From Malacoraja senta (taxonomy: Eukaryota): a DNA stretch of 64,000 nucleotides. The notes under the pieces were generated by a model. The model was not told where the DNA came from. It did no database searches and saw only the letters and a list, made by a program, of their open reading frames with translations. Shown in pieces: positions 1 through 12,662 of the stretch; positions within the stretch are counted from its first letter, which is position 1, and each line of letters starts with the position of its first letter. The stretch spans positions 123,442,001 through 123,506,000 of the forward strand of contig CM075977.1 of NCBI GenBank assembly GCA_038087875.1. Direction: 5' to 3'. Position numbers and translations under genes: made by a program.

Positions 1-749
1 AGCAACGCGATTGTAAGAAGATTCGTCTCGCATCAGAACAGTTTGGGGGCTAATGCATGGGAAAAACTCGGAGTTGCCAAAGAGAACAGATTTACCCATT
101 CACCGCTCAATGAAGGCTTGGATGAAAGCAGGGAACAGCTGATCTACGTGGAGTGAATAAAAGGGGAGTGGATTAATTTCTATGCTTCCAAATTTATCGA
201 ACCATTTCCATTCCACATTGCAAGGTAGGTCAGTAAAGTGTGACTGATTGGTGACAGGTATAGGATGCACCCCTACTTCTGTCCCTGGGAGGAGCCGATT
301 CCACACAAAGAGGGAGAAAGCAGGAGACACGGTTTACAAAACTATACCGGACAAACTTTCTTTTTCTTACTGGATTCCATGCGTATACCACGCGGACGCA
401 GGCAAGATCTTTCCGTAAAATATTAACTTCATTTCCGGGGCAGGGAGAACAAAAAAATCAAGTACACCAATCAATCGATTTTCAGAGCCAATATGCCTCT
501 TCACACCTCCTAAACAGTTAGGACCAATACGTTGAATGTCAAGTCACAGTTTTTTGCTCCCCTCCTGTTCATCGAGATGAACAATGTGCAGGCTGCACCT
601 CCTGCGCTTCCAGCCGTCTGTAGCATTTACACAATTCATGTACGCCACTATCAGCACTGTTTGTTGAAGCACATCTTCCAATCCAACATAGATCTATTTG
701 CTTAAACTGCTCAATCAAATCCAGAAGTTCTATTGTATTCAATTATAAA

Positions 750-2114
750 AGGTGTAAGAATTGGAATTAATACTTTATCAAACACTATTTACAACATAGG
801 TTGCTAATAATACAGAATTTAAACAATGTATTTTTCCTTTTGCCCTCCAATAAAAGGTACAAATCAATGTACTAAGCTAACACTAATGTTATAGACTATT
901 ACAGGATACACAGTATCCACTGAACAGACTGATCCTTTTTTCCCTGCTTTAAAAAAGGCAACTAAAAACAAACAAGCAAAAAGTTGTAGGTCTCAAATGT
1001 CTTCCATAACAACAGGGGTGTCCAGTTTGTGTTTGAATCCTCCAAGTATGTAATAGTAATTGTTTCATATTGAATTTATTCATTATCAAAGCATGTTGGC
1101 AATGTCCTGTCTAAACAGTCAGAAATTAATTGGTCAAATAATAAACTGTAGTTTACAGCTGTCAGAAAAATATACAATTGTTCCATCACTATTAGAGTTG
1201 GATAGCAATCCAGTTTTACAGGAAATTAAAAAATGCAGTATTTTACATTCTCAGTTCATTACCTTTTCACTTGTTGAATATGGTGTTAAAATAAATTCCA
1301 AACTGTTATGTTATTCACAATGTCTATCCTTATTCACATGAAAACTATCCTTGTTACAAATGAAACCAGCATTTCTAATCTACCTTTATATTTGTGTTTC
1401 TCACATGGTTCAGCATTATGCTAGTAGCCTTTGCAAATTGCACCACTCTTCAGTTCTGTGGTGATTCCCAATTTTTTCAAAGGCTATTTAAAGTACACAC
1501 ATCTCCTACAAAAATGCAAAGCCCTGCCAAGAGCCCATGAAACAAGAAATGTGCGGAAAATACAAAATATTACAGACCATATTAGCTACTGCACAAGCAC
1601 AGGAACCCTCTCTTCAGACACATGTTAAATTATAAGTCCCAAGAGGGATGGGGTTATATCTATTTGTAATATCTCCCCTAAAGTTCTGACATGGTGACTC
1701 GATGCCTTGCGTGATCATCTTACGGTACTGAGTGATAAGGTATAAATATTGCATGGAGGACTAAAACCCTCTTGGGCTTCTGCTCAATATTCTTATTCTT
1801 CAGTCACTGCACCTGCCACTACTGTTTCTCATCTGCACTTGGATGACAAGAGCCAAACCACCTTAGGGTACTTTGAAAGAAGAAATGCACAGGAAAATAA
1901 GATTCATTAGTCTCAAAATATAATTTGGCATTTTTGCATGGGTTTATCAGTTTGGACGCATCATCCCTCTTAATTACTCTCTACTCTCCGGACAGAAAAT
2001 AAATCTTATGCCTGGATTAACTGAATGTTCCCCTCTTCAAAAGTGCAGTTACAGAATTCATGATGTTTCCTGATCCAGCCATGCTGTGTCAGAGGTTCCT
2101 TGTATTTTTGAGCA
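750..2114 (-). other. efna5: Putative efna5 3'UTR (3' end uncertain)
   Basis: Repeat-free AU-rich sequence after the stop. Minus-strand AATAAA at 1075-1080, variant GATAAA at 774-779, Pumilio element TGTAAATA at 786-793. Confidence 0.6.
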
Positions 2115-2233
2115 CTACAACGTTGAACGCATCAAGAAAAGGAATAGTACAGTCGCCAAAAGTAGCGGGGATATCCTGGCTGTTTGAGCATCATTGTCAC
2201 CTCGCGATGGCTCAGCTTCATGGATGGTATCAT
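2115..2233 (-). CDS. efna5: Ephrin-A5 terminal coding exon 5 with GPI-anchor signal and TAG stop
   Basis: ctttctctctttgttctgtctaaatag|AT GAT ACC ATC CAT GAA ... encodes (D)DTIHEAEPSRGDNDAQTARISPLLLATVLFLFLMRSTL*, matching mammalian DTVHESAEPSRGENAAQTPRIPSRLLAILLFLLAMLLTL. Hydrophobic C-terminus; stop codon at 2115-2117. Confidence 0.95.
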
Positions 2234-4119
2234 CTATTTAGACAGAACAAAGAGAGAAAGGAATGTGGTTACAGCAAAAGCCAAATGAAAGAGTAATCCT
2301 CAATACTTTAGTCACATATACAGGTCAGCTCAGCTCCTTGGCCAAACACGTTTTATTGTAACCTTCTAACAATCTACAATGCATTTAAAATTTGTCTTAT
2401 TTTTTTAAAACTTTCATGATGTTTATGGAAAACCAATGCAAATCAAATGCAGTGGCTGAGAGGACGCAATATGAAGCCTCAATTACTTTAAGTAAAAATA
2501 TTTAAATGCACAAGCCAGACATTTAATGCCAAGGAGCCAACTAATTTCTGTATAGTTTGTTCAACAAATTAAAAATATAATTTCACGCATCACATCCACT
2601 GTTGGCCTTCTCATCAAATTACTTAGCATTATTTTAAAATTAGTCATTGCATACGCTACTGGTAAAATGTAATCGCATACCTACAATGGAAGAGTTTAGA
2701 TTAAACTCATTCCAAAAAATCTGAGGCAATTAAAACTAGTCAAATCCAATCTTTCTGGTTTTGTTTGTAAAACAGATCTACAAACTGCATGAGAAAACCA
2801 ACAGAGTATCTCACTGAGTCGCTGCTAATACGATCACAATGACCTTTTTTTTATAACCAGGCAGAAACTGGCAACAGCTGAATGGCACAGTGAGTGTATT
2901 TCTTCATCCAAACTTGGTTTGTAAATGAGGAACTAATATTAATATTCTCCATTTGTTGCTTGGAAGACAAAAAACTATCACTGGCTGTACATTCTTTAAA
3001 AATATGTTTTAATTGCCGTCTCGGGAAGTGAAGCCACTACAGTAGGGTGGGATCTGTTTTCTGTTTAGCCTTGGATTTGAAAAGATAACGGCTTCAGGAG
3101 GAAGAGCGACTGTTCCTGAATTTGCCAGTACAGAAATATCAACTGGAAAAAACAAAGTTACATGAATTTTCCTTCCTGGGCAAGTGGAATCCTTGTCTAA
3201 ATTGACAGCCTGCGCTATATTTTTAAATGGCATTTTACACTTTAAAAAAAACGAACTACACTGAGTTTTGGAAACATTCTATTAATCTTAAATATTGCCT
3301 ATCTGGTAGAAGACAGTCCCAAAAGGTAAGAGATCCAAAAGATGATTTTCTCTGGTTAACAGTTCCTACATATTTGCAAAATATTAAGCATTTTGCATTG
3401 AATGATTTTGATTAAATTTTGAGTGAGCTATTGGGAATCTTTTTCACAATTGTAGCTTTAATGTTAATCAGCGTTAATCCACTGTATTACCTCACCAAGG
3501 ATGATCGGTTTTGGCTGAATGACCGAAGGAATAATCTGAAATTCAGATTTCACGTAGAAATCTCAGAATTTGTGAATCCAGTTGTCATTTTATACATTTT
3601 GTATGTATTTTCCATCACAGGGATTACATTTCTAATCTAATCCTTTCAGCATGTAACATGATGGCAATGTTTGTTTTGACGAAAATCTTCAAAAACTTCA
3701 AGAACAGCACCTGATAAATGGTCTTTTGCTAAATATCCAATATTTTCAAATCCTGCCCACCAAAATCCACTGTTTTTTGTTCTCTTCACCAGATCATATT
3801 CAACCCTTCAGTGCCTTAATTCCCTAGTATTTGTTATCAGTTTCCAACGTCCCCACCGTATCATACAATTACTTTGTTCCCTACTTTCTTCACTATTCTG
3901 TCAAATATAGATCCTTCGCTTATGCCATCCTCATTTTCTTTAACTTTCAAAACCGTTCTGTCTCACTACTTTACTCTCCGCTATTAAGACCATATTGAAA
4001 GCCAATCTTTGTCCATGTCTTTAATCTCACCTCTAAATTCCTTGACATTCTGTACAATTTTCTGTTCTCAGTCCAGACATTTCAGGTCAGAGATGTTTGG
4101 CTACTCGATAATATATGCA

Positions 4120-4989
4120 TAAGATTTTTAAGAAGGAACTGCAGATGCTGGAAAATCGAAGGTAGACAAAAAATGCTGGAGAAACTCAGCAGGTGAGGCA
4201 GCATCTATGGAGCGAAGGAAATAGGCAACGTTTCGGGTCAAATCCCTTCTTCAGACTGATGTGAGGCTGGGGGGGGGGGGCGGGAAGAAGAAAGGAAGAG
4301 GTGGAGTCAGTGGGCTGAGGGAGAGCTGAGAAGGGGAGGAGAAAGTAGGGACTACCTGAAATTAGAGAAGTCAATGTTCATACCGCTGGGGTGCAAACTA
4401 CCCAAGCGAAATATGAGGTGCTGCTCCTCCAATTTACGATGGTCCTCACTCTGGCCATGGAGGAGGCCCAGGACAGAAAGTTCGGATTCGGAATGGGAGG
4501 GGGAGTTGAAGTGCTGAGCCACCGGGAGATCAGGTTGGTTATTGCGAACCGAGCGGAGGTGTTCGGCGAAGCGATCGCCAAGCCTACGCTTGGTCTCACC
4601 GATGTAGAGCAGCTGGCATATAGAGCAGCGGATGCTGTAGATGAGGTTGGAGAAGGTGCAGGTGAACCTCTGTGGCACCTGGAAAGACTACTTGGGTCCT
4701 TGAATGGAGTCAAGGGGGGAGATAAAGCGACAAGTGTAGCATTTCCTGCGGTTGCAAGGGAAAGTGCCCGGAGAGGGGGTGGTTCGGGTGGGAAGGGATG
4801 AATTGACCAGGGAGTTACGGAGGGAGCGGTCTCTGCGGAAAGCAGACAGGAGAGGAGATGGGAAGATGTGGCAAGTGGTGGGATCATGTTGGAGGTGGCG
4901 AAAATGTCGGAGGATTATTTGTTGTATGTGACGGCTGGTGGGGTGGAAGGTGAGGACAAGGGGGACTCTGCCCTTGTTACGAGTGGGGG
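4120..4989 (-). mobile_element. 5'-truncated Penelope-like retroelement (Neptune-type) with GIY-YIG endonuclease remnant and hammerhead-like terminal repeat
   Basis: ORF 4352..4678 contains NLIYSIRCSICQLLYIGETKRRLGDRFAEH (GIY-YIG). Upstream Cys-rich linker PGTFPCNRRKCYTC is followed by an in-frame stop. 13-bp TSD gataatatatgca at 4107-4119 and 4990-5002. Confidence 0.9.
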
Positions 4990-5730
4990 GATAATATATG
5001 CAAGTAGCTGTGTGCTAATAACATTGTCAACCAATCTCCATTCAGATAAGGATGGTCTGTGATGACAGAACTTGAAAGGACACCTCAACATTGGGTTAAT
5101 ATCCCTTCATTGGAACCAAAAAGAAGTTTGAATCCTGAGCTAATGCACATTCCAAGCACAAAATTCCTCTTTCCTCATTCAGCAGTGAAATCACTTAACA
5201 CTGCAATCTATTTACATGTTTACATTAAAATGAGACTTTGTTCACCTTGATGGGAACTTTGGGGAAATACTCTGCATTTGGTGACCAGGTTAGATTTTGT
5301 CCAACTGGTGTGAAGTACCGTTTTACTTGAAACATGTTGTGATGAGTGATGGCGTCTTTTGGGTGGACTGCTCTCTTTGTAGGAGCAGAGGGACCACACC
5401 CGTAGGGGTAAGAGTCATTCATAAAGGGAACATGAAACCCCACTGACAGTGTTATTCCTTTTGATCGAGAGCTTTGAATTTAGTAAAGGGAGATAAGTTA
5501 TATCATTGCCACTCTGTTAGAAAGCATTGAAAGATAAATATTTGTAAAGAATTGCCAGAAAGGAATGGCAAGCGAGCTAAAATGGAAAAAAAAACTTTAG
5601 TTCATCATGGCAAAAGAGCTAAACTTTACAAAATCTACATGTTCAGTCAAAAGGACGGAATAGGTTGCAGGTTTAATTTGTAAATGCTGATGGAGCATAT
5701 GCTGATCTCTGATGACATCTGGAAGAGTTG

Positions 5731-6035
5731 GGGGTGGCACAGTGGCTCAGCTGTTAGAGCTGCTGCACATAGAGCCAGAGACCCGGGTTCGATCCTGACC
5801 TCGGATGCAGTCTGTGTGGAGTTTGCATGTTCTGCCTGTGACTGCATGGGTTTCCTCCGGGTGCTCAGTTTCTTCCCATGTGTGGGTTTATAGGTTAATT
5901 GGTTTCCATAAAATTGCCTCTAATGTGTAGGCAGTGGGATAACATAAAACTATTGTTGACAGGTGATAGGAGGTCGGCCTGGACTCGGTGGGCTGAAGGG
6001 TCTGTTTTCATACTCTATCTATAAAGTAAAACTAA
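5731..6035 (+). mobile_element. tRNA-derived SINE (HE1/V-SINE-like) with CR1-type tail
   Basis: A box TGGCTCAGCTG, B box GGTTCGATCC, V-domain-like tgtgtggagtttgcatgttct...tgggtttcctccgggtgctcagtttc, tail gggctgaagggtctgttt. Confidence 0.85.
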
Positions 6036-6597
6036 GTAACAAATAACTTACGGTTTGCAGTCAAGGTAAGAAGCTGGGAAAAGTGTAAAGCTCATTGCTC
6101 ATTGCTCCTGATCACATTATGGCTATCATTACTGGAAGAAGTACCTCCATGAACTACATGAGAACAGGTTGGCTTTGGATATCATATCCCCCATTTGTCA
6201 CCGACTGTGTGGGGACACTTAACTAAGGCAATAAAAATAATGTTGGTACCAATACAAAAATGTGTATGTGGAAAAATAAAAACACTATTAAAGTGTTCAG
6301 GATCAGCCTTTTCTAGGTTGATTTCTAAACAGACCAACAAGCTCTGGTGACTTCTACCAAGAAATGTAAAAATATGGGATCAGGTGAGAATTGTTATTTT
6401 TTGGTAGTCTTTGTTTAGTCATATTCAATCTCGATAGATGTTCAAATCAAACTGCCACACAATCTTTTACTCAGGAATTCAGATTATTTAGTTAAACTGA
6501 GACCTGGTCATGTATGATTCAAACAAAATCACTTGATGCCTTTTCATATCCAGGTTACACTTTTTAATAAAGCAACCTCTGGAATGCAGGAGGTGGC

Positions 6598-6966
6598 AGG
6601 GAAACCTGATAGAAGTATATACAAATTATGAGAGGCATAGATAGGATAGACAGTCAGATGGAAAAAATCAAATACTAAAGGGCATAGCTTTAAGGTGAGA
6701 GGGGGAAAATTTAACGGAGATGAGCGTTTTTTTAACACAGTGTGGTGAGTGCCTGGAACGCACTGCCAGGGTTGCTGTTTGAAGCAGATACATTTGCAGC
6801 TGGTGGTGGCATTTAAAAGACTTTAGGATAGGCATATGGATATGCGGGGAACAGAGGGATATGGGTTATGTGCAGGCAGATAAGTGATGGTCTTGGCATC
6901 AGTTTTGGCACAGATATTGTGGGCTGAAGGGCCTGTTCCTGTGTTGTCCTGTTCCATGTGTATGTT
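6598..6966 (+). mobile_element. CR1 (HER1-like) LINE 3' fragment
   Basis: Decayed ORF2 C-terminus (LIEVYK..RGIDR..GHSFK..WNALP-like) and 3'UTR gggctgaagggcctgttcctgtg. Confidence 0.85.
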
Positions 6967-7884
6967 AACATGCAATAAATATACGCTAATTATTAGTTTC
7001 CTTCATACTGGTGTGCTCCAGCTGTGCACCAACTCTCAGTCAGATTTTCAGCATTGCTGATACAGTCATAACGGGCCAAAGGCTTTCTTGTGTGCTGTAA
7101 ATTTTATCCAATGCTGAAACAGTGACAATGCATCAAAACATAGTTTATTGGCTGCAGAGAGCTTTGGAACATTCACAGTCTTTAACAACTCCATATTAAT
7201 ACTATTTCTCTCCCAGACAGTATGTGATCCCATCAATCTGGGTTGAATCCAAAACCTAATTCCAAAAGTGAATGGTGAACTTGATCCACTGTGCCACTCA
7301 GTCCCTCAAAATAATGAAATTGACATGTTAGGTTTGCTAAAATATTGATAGCAGCAGACAGCAAACACAACCAAATGTACTCGGAGACATAAATGTTGGT
7401 GGCAGACTTTAATAAAAAGGACAACATTAAAAATACAAAGACACATAAATATGCTCCAGACACATATATTTCTGTTCAAGGCAGTGATACAGGCAGATAG
7501 AAGCCTGAATTCTACCAAAGTGAGGGGACCAGATGTCACAATGTGACAATATTTTCAGCTGTCATGGACACATTTCTTAGAGTGCATGAAAACTGGAATC
7601 CCATTCAATTTTGGAACAATCCCTGCCTCCCTCCCACATACCAATTTAAAAAAAGTTAGTTTCATGCTTTTGATTTCATAAATCATTAGTCAGTTTTATT
7701 GGAATATTATGCAGATCAACTTCCTTAATTAAAACAATTTTTTGAATTAGCTTCTTTTCTGTGAAGCAAATGCAAAATAATGGTTAGAAGACAGCAGAAG
7801 CATTCTACCTGCTGGATATCCTGTCTCAATATATTTGTACCAAGAAGAATATCCAGCACTGCACAGAATAAAAATCTGGCACAC

Positions 7885-7999
7885 CATGCAGGAGTTATTG
7901 CATTGTCCTGTTGTAATAAATATATTGTAGAAGAGAGTCATCAAAAAAAGGGGAGGAAGGGGAACAGACTTTCAACACTGAATCCATGCAGGGCATGCA
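7885..7999 (-). promoter_or_regulatory. Cluster of three RBFOX motifs (TGCATG) downstream of exon 4
   Basis: Plus-strand CATGCA at 7994-7999, 7985-7990 and 7885-7890, i.e. 84-198 nt after the exon 4 donor on the transcribed strand. Confidence 0.6.
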
Positions 8000-8082
8000 A
8001 ACTGTGAAGGAGGGACAATTAAGAGAAGGGGTTGGGGTTGGGGACAGACGAACTGGTTAAAAGATTCTCTAAGCATACTAAC

Positions 8083-8163
8083 CTGCTGGTTCTAATGAAC
8101 TGTCTACTCTGTCGTTAGCACCGAAAACACTTTCATGTACACCTACAGTTTTCGAACAGCTCT
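8083..8163 (-). CDS. efna5: Ephrin-A5 coding exon 4 (81 bp, phase 1-1, linker region)
   Basis: ttttgttatag|AG AGC TGT TCG AAA ... GAA CCA GCA G|gttagt encodes (K)SCSKTVGVHESVFGANDRVDSSLEPA, matching mammalian SCMKTIGVHDRVFDVNDKVENSLEPA. Overlaps the 3' part of track ORF 8078..8290. Confidence 0.95.
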
Positions 8164-8195
8164 CTATAACAAAAATAGAAATAATAGCCAAATAT

Positions 8196-8202
8196 GTTAG
8201 TG
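8196..8202 (-). promoter_or_regulatory. Branch point CACTAAC of intron 3 (also a QKI consensus ACTAAY)
   Basis: Minus strand reads gttaCACTAACatatttggctattatttctatttttgttatag; the branch A at 8197 is 34 nt from the exon 4 start. Confidence 0.7.
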
Positions 8203-8506
8203 TAACATTTTTAATTTCCCTGCTATTTTTATTTCCTTTTTTATTGTTCCACGTTGTGTAATGCTGAACTCGTCCATTTGTTTCAGCCATGGAAAACTAT
8301 CAGAAACAACAAGTTAGCAACTGCCATAAAAGCTCAGTGAAGAAATGTAAGAAAAAAAAATGATGAAAAAACACAGAAAATGCTATATACAGAACAGATA
8401 CCACACAGGATATACACAATAAGAAAGGAAAACGTTTTTTTTTTACCACTGCTTACAATAAAGCATGCACTAAAGCCACCCTTGCAAGCCTGCTAAAGAA
8501 ACTTAC

Positions 8507-8572
8507 TTGATTGTCGCACGAGGACTTTCAATTTTAAACAATTCTTCTTTCCGTTATCTGGAATAGACGAAG
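8507..8572 (-). CDS. efna5: Ephrin-A5 coding exon 3 (66 bp, phase 1-1)
   Basis: cttcacag|CT TCG TCT ATT CCA GAT AAC GGA AAG AAG AAT TGT TTA AAA TTG AAA GTC CTC GTG CGA CAA TCA A|gtaagt encodes (S)SSIPDNGKKNCLKLKVLVRQS, matching mammalian [21 protein letters not shown]. Not in the ORF track because it is too short. Confidence 0.95.
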
Positions 8573-9371
8573 CTGTGAAGTGTGAATAGATACTATTTTA
8601 GGATTTTGCAATAGAAATAAATAAAGCATTTATTTTCACTCCTCTTTAGTTTTACTCACAAGTTAAAACATGTCCCAGATCAGTCAATGACAGGAGAGTG
8701 AAGTACTGTACACTAACTGCAGAAAAGGCTTCAAGATTTTGAAAGTAAAAATTCACAGCACATTGGTGAAAGGCAGGTCATTGACTGATCTACAGAACAA
8801 TTCAATGTGTAGGAACAGCAGATGCTGTTTTCTTGTGTTTATCCTTTATCAATTTAATGTCAGCAGTTTAAAATTGTGGCATTTGTGGCTTTGGGAAAGA
8901 TAACTTGGAGCGCTTTGAGGCCTAAACCACAAATCTGATTATCTTGATACACAAAGTCAAAACAATTGGTTCTATGGTGACATTGGTTCTTAGCTTTGAT
9001 TCCCCCCCCCCCCCCCTAAATACTTACAAATGTGGCAACTGTTTCTCTTAACATAACAGATTAGGCAAAAGCTCCCACAAGATTACACAACCAAGAGCTG
9101 CTGCCTTTACAACTAAATGAAAACACCAGAACTTGCTGTATGGGCGAAGTACTTAAGGTTAGTGTTTACCGACAGGAAATGACTACTTTCCTGTGGGTTC
9201 AGCTGACCCTCTGTTACAAACAGTGTTGCTTAAATCTAAGGGACTATTTAATTGTCCACAGAAAGTCCAATAAAAGATAAATTTCACATGCACAGGTTAG
9301 ACAAGACTTGATATTCTTAACATCTCTCACCTACCGCTGACCCCACCAATGGGCAACAACTTGCCCGCCCA

Positions 9372-9465
9372 TTCTGAAGAAGGGTCTCGACCCGAAACAT
9401 CACCTATTCCTTTCTCCAGAGATGCTGCCTAACCCGCTGAGTTTCTCTCGCATTTTATGTCTATC
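9372..9465 (+). mobile_element. Short Penelope-derived terminal-repeat element with hammerhead-like core
   Basis: CTGAAGAAGGGTCTCGACCCGAAACATC at 9374-9401, followed by the shared gatgctgcct..ctgagtttct..cattttatgtcta segment. Confidence 0.8.
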
Positions 9466-10349
9466 AACAGGAGTATCTACCAGTAGTTACCCATGTTACA
9501 GCTTGGAGGCTGGCTCTATAAGAGGAAAGGCTTGCCAATTGCCAGGCCAGCAACCGTCTAATTGCCCACAATTGAGGAAACCCCTCTCTTGCCATACTGC
9601 TGAGTGATATAATCTCCCTGCCTTGCCATTCGTGGGTGGCTCCCACTATCCAGCAATGTGCCTCTGCCAATACCTTTAGCACAAGTCTACAGAATGGCCG
9701 GAGGCTTAAGGCTGAGTGAAACAGGAGCATTCCTAGGGAATCTGTGTGGTCAGTTGGAGTGGACGTGGGATAAAAGAGAGAGAGGATGGGAGGGAGGAGA
9801 CGACAGTGAGCTTCACGAATATTGTGAGCTTTGGTAATATTTGCCTGAAATGCCAGCCAACCAGGCAGACATATTTTGGGCAAATAAAATGAAGACAGAG
9901 GCTGCTCTTAAATCCTGACTTAAATAATTTTTGTGTACTGCTTCCTGCAGGCGAGTGAACATGGTAAGCCCAGCAAAGCATTTCAGCTGTATTCTTCTTT
10001 GGGGAATATGAAACAACATCATTTCTCAAATACACTCAGCTAGAAACCACTGAATGCCAGTCAGGAATAAAATAGAGGTGTTATGCTGTCAGCATGCAAA
10101 AGGGCTGGTGACGTGCTATTCCCTCTATACTGATGACCAAAGTGGGGCTGTCCTGACAAATGCAGTCAGGAGATGAATGGGATCACTCAGGTTTCCCCTG
10201 ATCAGTGCCTATAGTGGTCGAAGGTGCTGGTGAGCAACAGGTGGATGTTGGGTTAGACATTCACCATCGACAAATAAAACAAGAACAAAATATTGCAGGG
10301 AGCTGGAAATCTGAAGTAAAACCAGAAAATGGTGAAACAATGAAATGCC

Positions 10350-10495
10350 AATGCTGGTTAATACACAAAAGGACAGAAAGTGCTGGAGAAACTCAGCAGG
10401 GCAGGCAGCACCTCTGGAGAACAAGTATAGGTGACGTCGTAGGTCAAGACCCTTCTTCAGATTGATTGTAGGGGGAGGGAGAAGAAAGCTGGAAA
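10350..10495 (-). mobile_element. Short Penelope-derived terminal-repeat element (degenerate core)
   Basis: tgctggagaaactcagcagggcaggcagca...gacccttcttcaga matches the family. Confidence 0.75.
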
Positions 10496-12662
10496 AGGGC
10501 AAATGCCTTATATTAGACCGGCTACTCCCCTCCCATGCATTCTGCCTGTTCATTTCCAGCACTTCCAATTTGGTGTTTAGAATTCAAATAACATCTTTCA
10601 CTATTGCCCAATCAATTGGATTACTTTAAAAAAAGACAATGTAACTAAATGGACATGTGCAAGGAAGTTTGTGAATTTTGCATCTGACTCTGCACTAAAG
10701 GGTCATTGGTGTAAATCCCAAAGGATGATCTATTATCTTTAAACAAATCATTCATCTATGTGCACTGAAAAGTCCTTTTGAAGAGAAAGACAACAATACA
10801 GAGCATCCTGGCTGGGCTTCGCAAGAGTGGGGCTATTACAAATAAGTAAAGGAAGGCAGATGTAGAAGAAAATGTATGTAGAGAACAAACAAAGCTTACA
10901 TAGAGGAATGACATGAAGCATGTTATGGGCCATCTACAGCAGGATAGAGATATAGAAAGAGCTAGCTCAAGATAAATATATTTGATAAAATGAAATGAGA
11001 TCACTTACAATTTTTGACCATTCAAGTATAAGATTTAGCTCCTTATTACTTGTTTTATTACTTTTACAGAGCAAGCATGGGTTAAAATAGTCACCAAAGG
11101 GTTTCAACAGTGCCTCAACTAAACATTAGCCATTTGTCTGATGCCACAGTGGGCTGTGTTTAAATAAATGCCCCTGATGTGAGAACGGATCAATCAACCT
11201 TTGTTGGGCTCTGTTCCCTATTAATTTGCTCAGTGGAGAGATCAGACTTTGCACAGAATGGAACTCAACCTGTCAATACAGAGTATTACACTGAAAGATA
11301 ATAACTGATGAAAGCTTTACCCTGAACTCTACCGCTATCTTATGTTCCCATTCTCACCAGAAAGCTTAACGATGCCGGACATGACCTTCAGCATTCCTTC
11401 CAATTTATCACAGACTAGTCAATTATAATTTCACAACTACAATTATCTTTTTCAAAAAAAGTGAGAAACAGTGCCAGAATTAGTGGAAATTCATGAGCTT
11501 GGTTCAAACCTGCATTTAGCAGTGTAAATGTATTTCTATTCAATTTGCAAGTCACCAAGGACCCTATTAGCAAGCAAAGTGAGGCGAAACAATGTGTGAA
11601 GTTCATAACTTGCAGTTTTGAGTTCAAAGTCATTTTAATGACAATATTCTTATAAAAAGATAGCGGTGACCTGTCTCTCACTTGAACACACTGAGCCTCT
11701 ACACACGAGCCTCTACACACCTTGTTGAGTATCCAGTTGGAGCTTGCACAGAGCAAATTTGAGCTTCACGCGACTTCAGCTGTTTGGGCATTGTCCGAAA
11801 CAGAGTGAAAGCTGGCAGGTTTGCAGTGGAGCATCCATGACAGGTACAATTAGACAGAGACTGTTATTACTATTCCCAGGCTCAAACAATGAGGACAGCA
11901 GTGGCAATTATGATAGCTACAAGACCTCACGTATCCATAACAGTCTACCAAAGTTGGCATTTATACTCATCTTCATCCTGACTTTCTTGGCATATTGTAT
12001 GTTATCAGCCACTCAAAAGTCCACTGCTACACATACAAGCTGTGGTTTTATTCAACACAAGTAACTGGCCTTCTGCCAAAATAGTACAAGTCACACTGGC
12101 AATTTTAAACTAGCTTTAGTTGGTGAGAGTTTCTGCTGTGCATTGTGGCTGGTGTGTAAATGACTGTTCAGACTGGCAGTTTGACCATACTATAATATTA
12201 GATAGTTACATGTTACAATCCCCAATTAGTATTCACAGGAATTAAATGCTCTTGCTGCAATTTGAGAAAAAAAGACAGCAGTGAACAATACAGACTGATG
12301 GCCTACTCTCATCCGAATTTAAAACTTATATGTGTCATTTTTTAATGTAATCATACAGATTATGAGAACACAAGAAAAAGCAGTACGCCATATGGCTCAT
12401 CAAGTCCGCTCCATCATTTGATAAGATTACACCTGTTCCTGAATTTCAAATTCACCTTCCTGGCCTATCCTTAACATCGCGCTGTAAAATCCATCAATCT
12501 CGGTTTGGAATAATCTGGGAAATCAGTTCTCTAATGTACAGAATGTCATACGTTTACAAACCTCTCCAGAAAAACATAATTTCCACATCTTAGTCCTTAA
12601 TGACCAACACCTTATCTTAAAATGATACTCCCTGCTACCCCCTATCCATTTTCGATACAAAT

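Noticed and set aside
1-620. Possible exon or promoter of a neighbouring gene (slightly CpG-richer; ORF 100..330)
   Set aside because: No recognisable protein similarity and no convincing splice-site pair; cannot be supported from sequence alone.
4352-4887. Functional or domesticated GIY-YIG nuclease gene
   Set aside because: In-frame stop just upstream of the domain, no RT, and flanked by a TSD: a dead truncated Penelope copy.
5731-5805. tRNA gene
   Set aside because: A and B boxes are present, but the sequence runs on into a V-SINE body and LINE tail, and no proper cloverleaf is evident.
8078-8290. 70-aa ORF as a separate gene or an extended exon
   Set aside because: Only 8083-8163 matches ephrin-A5. 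The rest is intron 3, with a branch point and pyrimidine tract.
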